45,322 nt of DNA, taken from NCBI GenBank assembly GCA_965178125.1, contig OZ237753.1, forward strand, positions 1,054,001 through 1,099,322. The letters run 5' to 3'. Made by a program: the position numbers and the translations under genes. Below are positions 25,055 through 35,059 of this stretch, piece by piece (position 1 is the stretch's first letter; each line of letters starts with the position of its first letter). The notes under the pieces are model-generated. The model worked only from the letters and a program-made list of their open reading frames with translations. It had not been told where the DNA came from and ran no database searches. The stretch is from Bilabrum cf. latius (Eukaryota).

Positions 25055-26760
25055 ATGCCAAAGCGTTTCTCAGGCAATGATCTAGGAGGCTTATCGTTTA
25101 CTTCGTCAGAAAGGTGAGTGCTGTGACAAACTGCGCATACTACACGAAATAATGTTGATCCTCAATATTTCCGGAGTAGTCTTCGCGTTCGATTGATCAT
25201 CTATTTTTGCGCAGCAAAACCGGATTAAAGCGACCGAGTCAAAAGGGTGGTGGTCCACCTAAGCGAGCATTTAGGTACCGAGCCGGCAAGGTCCCTGATT
25301 GGGCGCAACAGGACACTGTAGGGCTTGCGGGGCAGGCTTCGAAGCCCCCCACACTACCGGAACAGCGCTCGAAATTGCCTCCACGTCAGAGTCCCGACCA
25401 GTCGTCTACTTAGAGTACAGCATAGGGTCAAGTTGATCTTGAACCCGTGGGAGGTGTGGCCGAGTATACGTCGGAGAGAGGTGGTGTAAGTATCCCAGGC
25501 GAACGCTCCCCCCCGCAAGTACAGCAGTCTCCCCACTCACACCCTTCGGCAGTGCCTTAGAATCAATCAAATATAGACTCAGAGACGAGTACGAGCAGCC
25601 CGGATCCCGACTCAGATGATAATGGCACCAGTTCATCCGATGACGAAGCCGACGAGCTGGCTGCCCGTCGAGCGAGGATACTGGCAAGAAAGTAGGCGGC
25701 AGTAGCTGGACTTGTTCCAGCGTCTAGCCACGTGTTAGCATCAGCGACTCATTCGCCTGGTCCGTCCACTGCAGCAGCGGCTGCATCAGGGACACGAGCT
25801 GACACTCGACGTGCCACGGACCGGGAGCACCTGTCGCCCAGCTCTAGCAGCGGCGACAGCAGCGGGTCTGATAGCGATAGTGATAGCGATAGTGATAGTG
25901 ATAGTGATAGTGATAGTGATAGTGATAGTGAAAATGAGAGCAGGATGGCCTTTGGTCGGTTCCGCCGCCGACGCGACAGGTCCACAGTGAGGGAGCGGGA
26001 GGCCGAGGCGGCCCTGGAGGAAGCCCGGGCAGCGGCTGCGGCTGAACTGCAGGCGGAGCGCAAGTAGCGCAGCAAGCGTCTCGTTGCGCAGAGGCTAAGA
26101 GAGGAGGAGGAGGCCGCCGCCGCCGCTGCTAAGGCATCAGCCACTGCTGCCCATGGTCGGCCGGATGACACGGACCTCCCCCAGGAGGAGGAGGCTGACT
26201 TCGAGAGGTGGAGGGTGAGGGAGCTCCAGAGGGCGGTGAAGGACTGGAGGGAGAGACATGGTACCGGAAGATCTAGTGAAGCCGATGTAGCAGATCCAAA
26301 TATTAATGCCAGGGGGGGGGCGAACAACAACCGCACTGGCCCTGGTCCTGCATCTGGCTCTGGTTCAGGCCCTGGCAGGCCATCGAGAGGGTTCATGCAG
26401 AAGTACTACCACCGCGGTGCTTTCTACATGGACGATGACTCGGTTGCATAGGACCCTAGCGACGTGAGGCACAAGGCCAGCGAGTATGCAGCCGGGCGCA
26501 CTGGCTAGGACCTAGGCATGAACAAGGTGCTTATGCCCAAGATGATGCAGGTCAGGGACTTTGGCAGGAGGAGCCGCAGCAAATGGACACACCTTTCGAA
26601 CGAAGACACATCGGCAGAGGGCGAGCGCTTGCGAGCTCGACTAGCCCAGCGAATGGCGGATGATGCCAAGCAGGGACTTGCATCCCAGTCCATCCACGTG
26701 CGACGTGCTGCCGAGACGGCCATAGAAGAGGCAGAGACCCGTCGATCTGGCCGTGGGTGA
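25055..26760 (+). CDS. MFAP1: MFAP1/Spp381 spliceosomal B-complex protein; intron 25114-25214; last gene before the telomeric region
   Basis: RYRAGKVPDWA, DDTD..EEEADFERWRVRELQR, FMQKYYHRGAFY, NKVLMPKMMQVRDFGRRSRSKWTHLSNEDT; 7 in-frame TAGs (25411, 25423, 25558, 25693, 26065, 26449, 26506); ends TGA. Confidence 0.9.
25870..25930 (+). repeat. (GATAGY)n coding microsatellite giving a (DS)n tract in MFAP1
   Basis: About 10 tandem GATAGC/GATAGT units. Confidence 0.85.
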
Positions 26761-26880
26761 CCGTCCTCCCATTGGTTTGGTCACAGCAATGTATCAATAG
26801 TGCGGCCAAACAGGATTCTCTTGACCTCTTCAATATCCCGGATACGCTTATCACCGCCTATCCACCATCCCAGGGTTCTA

Positions 26881-27236
26881 GGCCCCATCCACCGCGCTGC
26901 CCACCAACCCGCTGACCACTCAACCACCAATCTGGGCCCCATCCACCGCGCTGTCCACCAACCCGCTGGCCACCCAACCACCACTCTGGGCCCAATCCAC
27001 CGCGCTGCCCACCAACCCGCTGACCACTCAACCACCAATCTGGGCCCCATCCACCGCGCTGCCCACCAACCCGCTGGCCACCCAACCACCACTCTGGGCC
27101 CAATCCACCGCGCTGCCCACCAACCCGCTGACCACTCAACCACCAATCTGGGCCCCATCCACCGCGCTGTCCACCAACCCGCTGGCCACCCAACCACCAA
27201 TCTGGGCCCCATCCACCGCGCTGCCCACCAACCCGC
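26881..27236. repeat. 54-bp subtelomeric minisatellite, ~6.6 copies, alternating variants (108-bp dimer)
   Basis: Unit GGCCCCATCCACCGCGCTGCCCACCAACCCGCTGACCACTCAACCACCAATCTG recurs at 26881, 26935 and onward; cut off by TTAGGG at 27237. Confidence 0.92.
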
Positions 27237-27281
27237 TTAGGGTTTAGGGTTAGGGTTAGGATTAGGGTTAGGGTTAGGGTT
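27237..27281 (+). repeat. Innermost short telomeric tract with variant units (TTTAGGG, TTAGGA)
   Basis: About 7 TTAGGG-like units. Confidence 0.9.
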
Positions 27282-28058
27282 AAGGGCACGCTGGAGCTGC
27301 AGGCTGGTTGCGATGAGGAGCAGAGCCTGGAGGCGCTCATGAATGGGCAGCTGTCGACCTTGCGCGATACAGTGGGCAACATGTGCATGCAGGAGCTGCC
27401 AAGCCACAACGCAGCGCGCATCATGGCAACATGTGGGTCGAAGGGCAGTGTTCTGAATATCTGCCAGATGACGGCTTGCGTGGGGCAGCAGAACGTAGGG
27501 GGCAAGCGCATTCCCGAGGGATTCGTGAGCCGCACCCTCCCCATTTTTAGAACAGGGGCCAAGGAGCCTGCGGCCAAAGGGTTCGTTGCGAATAGCTTCC
27601 GGTCCGGTCTGAATGCCACCGAGTTTTTCTTCCATACGATGGGTGGCCGGGAGGGGCTCGTGGATACCGCGGTGAAGACGGCCGAGACGGGGTACATGCA
27701 GCGCCGGATGGTCAAGGCGCTGGAGGACCTGTCTGTGCAGTACGACAACACCGTGCGGACGTCGAATGGAGACGTGGTGCAGACAATCTACGGGGATGAC
27801 TCCCTTGATCCGGGCCAGATGGAGAGCAATGGCAGGCCGGTGCACCTGGACCGGCTGTGGACGAACGTGCAGAATGACATGCCGTGCCCTGAGGAGCCAC
27901 CTTTGGGCAAGACGGAGATCGGGGAGGTGGTGGCCGCGGAGATGAAGTCGAACGTGTGGAAACCTTTGAACACGGACAGTTAGGGCAGTCGCGGGGCGCT
28001 AGCTGGTGGTCCCAAGTTCTGCGAAGACGTCAAAGAGTTCATGACAGGTCTGGCAGGC
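27282..28058 (+). pseudogene. RPC1: Internal fragment of RPC1 (funnel/bridge-helix region) flanked by telomeric repeats
   Basis: [91 protein letters not shown]; the frame is open from the junction and continues through TAG 27981 to KFCEDVKEFMTGLAG; both ends cut by TTAGGG. Confidence 0.9.
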
Positions 28059-28627
28059 TAGGGGTTAGGGTAGGGTTAGGGTTAGGGTTAGGGTTAGGGT
28101 TAGGGTTAGGGTTAGGGTTAGGGTTAGGGTTAGGGTTAGGGTTAGGGTTAGGGTTAGGGTTAGGGTTAGGGTTAGGGTTAGGGTTAGGGTTAGGGTTAGG
28201 GTTAGGGTTAGGGTTAGGGTTAGGGTTAGGGTTAGGGTTAGGGTTAGGGTTAGGGTTAGGGTTAGGGTTAGGGTTAGGGTTAGGGTTAGGGTTAGGGTTA
28301 GGGTTAGGGTTAGGGTTAGGGTTAGGGTTAGGGTTAGGGTTAGGGTTAGGGTTAGGGTTAGGGTTAGGGTTAGGGTTAGGGTTAGGGTTAGGGTTAGGGT
28401 TAGGGTTAGGGTTAGGGTTAGGGTTAGGGTTAGGGTTAGGGTTAGGGTTAGGGTTAGGGTTAGGGTTAGGGTTAGGGTTAGGGTTAGGGTTAGGGTTAGG
28501 GTTAGGGTTAGGGTTAGGGTTAGGGTTAGGGTTAGGGTTAGGGTTAGGGTTAGGGTTAGGGTTAGGGTTAGGGTTAGGGTTAGGGTTAGGGTTAGGGTTA
28601 GGGTTAGGGTTAGGGTTAGGGTTAGGG

Positions 28628-29725
28628 TATCTAATATAAAGTCAGGGACAGGGTCGGGGAAAAAATATTTTCATCTTCATTTTTTTGTCGAAAATGTGCC
28701 CTCTGCGATCTCAGCAACTAGAATAGGTATGAAGATGATTCAAACTGTTTTGGGATGGCCTAGGGCCATATCATGGGGCAAATGTTCCCCAGGTTCCGTT
28801 TTGACCGCGCGGCGACGATACTGGCTGATGAAGATTTACATGCCGAAAATGTGCCCTCTGCGATCTCAGCAACTAGAATAGGTATGAAGATGATTCAAAC
28901 TGTTTTGGGATGGCCTAGGGCCATATCATGGGGCAAATGTTCCCCAGGTTCCGTTTTGACCGCGCGGCGACGATACTGGCTGATGAAGATTTACATGCCG
29001 AAAATGTGCCCTCTGCGATCTCAGCAACTAGAATAGGTATGAAGATGATTCAAACTGTTTTGGGACGGCCTAGGGCCATATCATGGGGCAAATGTTCCCC
29101 AGGTTCCGTTTTGACCGCGCGGCGACGATACTGGCTGATGAAGATTTACATGCCGAAAATGTGCCCTCTGCGATCTCAGCAACTAGAATAGGTATGAAGA
29201 TGATTCAAACTGTTTTGGGACGGCCTAGGGCCATATCATGGGGCAAATGTTCCCCAGGTTCCGTTTTGACCGCGCGGCGACGATACTGGCTGATGAAGAT
29301 TTACATGCCGAAAATGTGCCCTCTGCGATCTCAGCAACTAGAATAGGTATGAAGATGATTCAAACTGTTTTGGGACGGCCTAGGGCCATATCATGGGGCA
29401 AATGTTTGCCAGGGTTTGTTTACATCATGCAGCGGAAGTATGGAGTTTTCAAACTCACCCGGTGGGGGTTTGCAAACCTACCCAAGGGGGTCTACAAACC
29501 TACACTGCTTGGTTCGAGAAGCTAGCGGTTATTGACCGATGTTAGATGCCATGGCTCGTTCTACCTAGCTATTTGTATGCGTTAAACCCACTTTGCTAGA
29601 TACATTGCTTTGATATCAGGCTTCCATTGGGTGATGGTCAAGACTAAACAGAATGCCTCCTGGCTCGTACAAATGCGTCCTAAATTGGATCACTGGCAGG
29701 CACTTTGGCAAACTCCTCTCACAAG
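28628..29725. mobile_element. Telomere-inserted element copy 1 (155-bp subfamily A, ~4.6 units, plus unique tail)
   Basis: Common head at 28628; units contain GTGCCCTCTGCGATCTCAGCAACTAGAATAGG; tail ends ...CTCCTCTCACAAG. Confidence 0.75.
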
Positions 29726-29830
29726 GGTTTAGGGTTAGGGTTAGGGTTAGGGTTAGGGTTAGGGTTAGGGTTAGGGTTAGGGTTAGGGTTAGGGTTAGGG
29801 TTAGGGTTAGGGTTAGGGTTAGGGTTAGGG

Positions 29831-31295
29831 TATCTAATATAAAGTCAGGGACAGGGTCGGGGAAAAAAAATTTTCATCTTCACTTTTTGTCGAAAAAATG
29901 CGCGCGACGATCTCGGCAACCAGATGAGATATGAGGACCGTTCAAACTGCATCGGGACGGCCTGGGGGTACAATGTTGGGCAAATGTTCCCCAGGTTCCG
30001 TTTATACCGCGCGGCGACAATATGGCTGGACGAAGATTGTCATGCAGAAAAAATGCGCGCGACGATCTCGGCAACCAGATGAGATATGAAGACCGTTCAA
30101 ACTGCATCGGGACGGCCTGGGGGTACAATGTGGGGCAAATGTTCCCCAGGTTCCGTTTTGACCGCGCGGCGACAATATGGCTGGACAAAGATTGTCATGC
30201 AGAAAAAATGCGCGCGACGATCTCGGCAACCAGATGAGATATGAAGACCGTTCAAACTGCATCGGGACGGCCTGGGACCACAACAGGGGGCAAATGTTCC
30301 CCAGGTTCCGTTTTGACCGCGCGGCGACAATATGGCTGGACGAAGATTGTCATGCAGAAAAAATGCGCGCGACGATCTCGGCAACCAGATGAGATATGAA
30401 GACCGTTCAAACTGCATCGGGACGGCCTGGGGGTACAATGTGGGGCAAATGTTCCCCAGGTTCCGTTTTGACCGCGCGGCGACAATATGGCTGGACGAAG
30501 ATTGTCATGCAGAAAAAATGCGCGCGACGATCTCGGCAACCAGATGAGATATGAAGACCGTTCAAACTGCATCGGGACGGCCTGGGGGTACAATGTGGGG
30601 CAAATGTTCCCCAGGTTCCGTTTTGACCGCGCGGCGACAATATGGCTGGACGAAGATTGTCATGCAGAAAAAATGCGCGCGACGATCTCGGCAACCAGAT
30701 GAGATATGAAGACCGTTCAAACTGCATCGGGACGGCCTGGGGGTACAATGTGGGGCAAATGTTCCCCAGGTTCCGTTTTGACCGCGCGGCGACAATATGG
30801 CTGGACGAAGATTGTCATGCAGAAAAAATGCGCGCGACGATCTCGGCAACCAGATGAGATATGAAGACCGTTCAAACTGCATCGGGACGGCCTGGGGGTA
30901 CAATGTGGGGCAAATGTTCCCCAGGTTCCGTTTTGACCGCGCGGCGACAATATGGCTGGACGAAGATTGTCATGCAGAAAAAATGCGCGCGACGATCTCG
31001 GCAACCAGATGAGATATGAAGACCGTTCAAACTGCATCGGGACGGCCTGGGGGTACAATGTGGGGCAAATGTTCCCCAGGTTCCGTTTTGACCGCGCGGC
31101 GACAATATGGCTGGACGAAGATTGTCATGCAGAAAAAATGCGCGCGACGATCTCGGCAACCAGATGAGATATGAAGACCGTTCAAACTGCATCGGGACGG
31201 CCTGGGGGTACAATGTGGGGCAAATGTTCCCCAGGTTCCGTTTTGACCGCGCGGCGACAATATGGCTGGACGAAGATTGTCATGCAGAAAAAATG
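29831..31295. mobile_element. Element copy 2 (subfamily B, ~9 units, ends inside the array)
   Basis: Common head; units contain ATGCGCGCGACGATCTCGGCAACCAGATGAG. Confidence 0.75.
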
Positions 31296-31728
31296 GGTAG
31301 GGTTAGGGTTAGGGTTAGGGTTAGGGTTAGGGTTAGGGTTAGGGTTAGGGTTAGGGTTAGGGTTAGGGTTAGGGTTAGGGTTAGGGTTAGGGTTAGGGTT
31401 AGGGTTAGGGTTAGGGTTAGGGTTAGGGTTAGGGTTAGGGTTAGGGTTAGGGTTAGGGTTAGGGTTAGGGTTAGGGTTAGGGTTAGGGTTAGGGTTAGGG
31501 TTAGGGTTAGGGTTAGGGTTAGGGTTAGGGTTAGGGTTAGGGTTAGGGTTAGGGTTAGGGTTAGGGTTAGGGTTAGGGTTAGGGTTAGGGTTAGGGTTAG
31601 GGTTAGGGTTAGGGTTAGGGTTAGGGTTAGGGTTAGGGTTAGGGTTAGGGTTAGGGTTAGGGTTAGGGTTAGGGTTAGGGTTAGGGTTAGGGTTAGGGTT
31701 AGGGTTAGGGTTAGGGTTAGGGTTAGGG

Positions 31729-33263
31729 TATCTAATATAAAGTCAGGGACAGGGTCGGGGAAAAAATATTTTCATCTTCAATATTTGTCGAAAAACGACG
31801 TGCTACGATCTCGGTAACTACAGGTGATATGAAGACCGTTCAAACTGCATCGGGACGGCCTGGGGGCACAACATGGGCCAAATGTTCCCCAGGTTCCGTT
31901 CTGGCCGCGTGGCGCCGATATGGGTGTATGAAGAATTTCACACCGAAAAACGACGTGCTACGATCTCGGCAACTACAGGTGATATGAAGACCGTTCAAAC
32001 TGCATCGGGACGGCCTGGGGGCACAACATGGGCCAAATGTTCCCCAGGTTCCGTTCTGGCCGCGCGGCGCCGATATGGGTGTATGAAGAATTTCACACCG
32101 AAAAACGACGTGCTACGATCTCGGCAACTACAGGTGATATGAAGACCGTTCAAACTGCATCGGGACGGCCTGGGGGCACAACATGGGCCAAATGTTCCCC
32201 AGGTTCCGTTCTGGCCGCGCGGCGCCGATATGGGTGTATGAAGAATTTCACACCGAAAAACGACGTGCTACGATCTCGGCAACTACAGGTGATATGAAGA
32301 CCGTTCAAACTGCATCGGGACGGCCTGGGGGCACAACATGGGCCAAATGTTCCCCAGGTTCCGTTCTGGCCGCGCGGCGCCGATATGGGTGTATGAAGAA
32401 TTTCACACCGAAAAACGACGTGCTACGATCTCGGCAACTACAGGTGATATGAAGACCGTTCAAACTGCATCGGGACGGCCTGGGGGCACAACATGGGCCA
32501 AATGTTCCCCAGGTTCCGTTCTGGCCGCGCGGCGCCGATATGGGTGTATGAAGAATTTCACACCGAAAAACGACGTGCTACGATCTCGGCAACTACAGGT
32601 GATATGAAGACCGTTCAAACTGCATCGGGACGGCCTGGGGGCACAACATGGGCCAAATGTTCCCCAGGTTCCGTTCTGGCCGCGCGGCGCCGATATGGGT
32701 GTATGAAGAATTTCACACCGAAAAACGACGTGCTACGATCTCGGCAACTACAGGTGATATGAAGACCGTTCAAACTGCATCGGGACGGCCTGGGAGCACA
32801 ACATGGGCCAAATGTTCCCCAGGTTCCGTTCTGGCCGCGCGGCGCCGATATGGGTGTATGAAGATTTGCATGTTTATTCAATATGCATGGTTTATCTGTC
32901 AATTGTAGAATGGGTATGGTGTACATGACAGTTGTATTTGCTGTGTGGATTGCTTTGATCTAAGGTATTAACTGGTTGACACGTCAAGACTCAACAGAAT
33001 GCCTCCCGGCTCCTAATGCTGCGTCCGAATGGGTCAATGGCAGACACTTTGGCAAACTCCTCTCACAAGCTGGCCCAGCTGCCACTGACCTCAATTGCCG
33101 TCCCCCTGCCTGCCTCTCACTCGTCACCGAAAGCTGCTAGGAGCGCTTCCACAGCGTCGACGTCTGCCGCATTGAGATCTCCTTTCGCCGTCTTCTCGAG
33201 GGCCGTCATCAGGTTTGCGAACATTTCCAACTCGCGGTCCCTCTCTTCAATTGTTGCCTCGGT
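31729..33263. mobile_element. Element copy 3 (subfamily C, ~7 units, longest tail, including a minus-strand ORF end)
   Basis: Common head; units contain ACGACGTGCTACGATCTCGGCAACTACAGG; tail homologous to the copy 1 tail, then ~195 extra bp. Confidence 0.75.
33117..33263 (-). pseudogene. 5'-truncated C-terminal ORF fragment at the distal end of copy 3
   Basis: TEATIEERDRELEMFANLMTALEKTAKGDLNAADVDAVEALLAAFGDE-TGA, open up to the telomere junction, protein-like helical composition. Confidence 0.5.
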
Positions 33264-33646
33264 TTAGGTTAGGGTTAGGGTTAGGGTTAGGGTTAGGGTT
33301 AGGGTTAGGGTTAGGGTTAGGGTTAGGGTTAGGGTTAGGGTTAGGGTTAGGGTTAGGGTTAGGGTTAGGGTTAGGGTTAGGGTTAGGGTTAGGGTTAGGG
33401 TTAGGGTTAGGGTTAGGGTTAGGGTTAGGGTTAGGGTTAGGGTTAGGGTTAGGGTTAGGGTTAGGGTTAGGGTTAGGGTTAGGGTTAGGGTTAGGGTTAG
33501 GGTTAGGGTTAGGGTTAGGGTTAGGGTTAGGGTTAGGGTTAGGGTTAGGGTTAGGGTTAGGGTTAGGGTTAGGGTTAGGGTTAGGGTTAGGGTTAGGGTT
33601 AGGGTTAGGGTTAGGGTTAGGGTTAGGGTTAGGGTTAGGGTTAGGG

Positions 33647-34956
33647 TATCTAATATAAAGTCAGGGACAGGGTCGGGGAAAAAAAATTTTCATCTTCACT
33701 TTTTGTCGAAAAAATGCGCGCGACGATCTCGGCAACCAGATGAGATATGAGGACCGTTCAAACTGCATCGGGACGGCCTGGGGGTACAATGTTGGGCAAA
33801 TGTTCCCCAGGTTCCGTTTATACCGCGCGGCGACAATATGGCTGGACGAAGATTGTCATGCAGAAAAAATGCGCGCGACGATCTCGGCAACCAGATGAGA
33901 TATGAAGACCGTTCAAACTGCATCGGGACGGCCTGGGGGTACAATGTGGGGCAAATGTTCCCCAGGTTCCGTTTTGACCGCGCGGCGACAATATGGCTGG
34001 ACAAAGATTGTCATGCAGAAAAAATGCGCGCGACGATCTCGGCAACCAGATGAGATATGAAGACCGTTCAAACTGCATCGGGACGGCCTGGGACCACAAC
34101 AGGGGGCAAATGTTCCCCAGGTTCCGTTTTGACCGCGCGGCGACAATATGGCTGGACGAAGATTGTCATGCAGAAAAAATGCGCGCGACGATCTCGGCAA
34201 CCAGATGAGATATGAAGACCGTTCAAACTGCATCGGGACGGCCTGGGGGTACAATGTGGGGCAAATGTTCCCCAGGTTCCGTTTTGACCGCGCGGCGACA
34301 ATATGGCTGGACGAAGATTGTCATGCAGAAAAAATGCGCGCGACGATCTCGGCAACCAGATGAGATATGAAGACCGTTCAAACTGCATCGGGACGGCCTG
34401 GGGGTACAATGTGGGGCAAATGTTCCCCAGGTTCCGTTTTGACCGCGCGGCGACAATATGGCTGGACGAAGATTGTCATGCAGAAAAAATGCGCGCGACG
34501 ATCTCGGCAACCAGATGAGATATGAAGACCGTTCAAACTGCATCGGGACGGCCTGGGGGTACAATGTGGGGCAAATGTTCCCCAGGTTCCGTTTTGACCG
34601 CGCGGCGACAATATGGCTGGACGAAGATTGTCATGCAGAAAAAATGCGCGCGACGATCTCGGCAACCAGATGAGATATGAAGACCGTTCAAACTGCATCG
34701 GGACGGCCTGGGGGTACAATGTGGGGCAAATGTTCCCCAGGTTCCGTTTTGACCGCGCGGCGACAATATGGCTGGACGAAGATTGTCATGCAGAAAAAAT
34801 GCGCGCGACGATCTCGGCAACCAGATGAGATATGAAGACCGTTCAAACTGCATCGGGACGGCCTGGGGGTACAATGTGGGGCAAATGTTCCCCAGGTTCC
34901 GTTTTGACCGCGCGGCGACAATATGGCTGGACGAAGATTGTCATGCAGAAAAAATG
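33647..34956. mobile_element. Element copy 4 (subfamily B, ~8 units; same variants and end point as copy 2)
   Basis: Shares the diagnostic unit variants and the GCAGAAAAAATG-GGTAGGG junction with copy 2; 155 bp shorter. Confidence 0.75.
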
Positions 34957-35059
34957 GGTAGGGTTAGGGTTAGGGTTAGGGTTAGGGTTAGGGTTAGGGT
35001 TAGGGTTAGGGTTAGGGTTAGGGTTAGGGTTAGGGTTAGGGTTAGGGTTAGGGTTAGGG

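Noticed and set aside
1371-26760. Cluster of pseudogenes with premature stops
   Set aside because: Interruptions are exclusively TAG, without frameshifts, in essential genes with intact motifs
26781-27240. 143-146 aa ORFs with 18-aa repeats
   Set aside because: Translation of the 54-bp minisatellite; open on both strands with no other support
28824-28850. Hammerhead-like CTGATGA...GAAA in subfamily A units
   Set aside because: No convincing stem II or III pairing and the core is not kept in subfamilies B, C or D; an Infernal search would settle it
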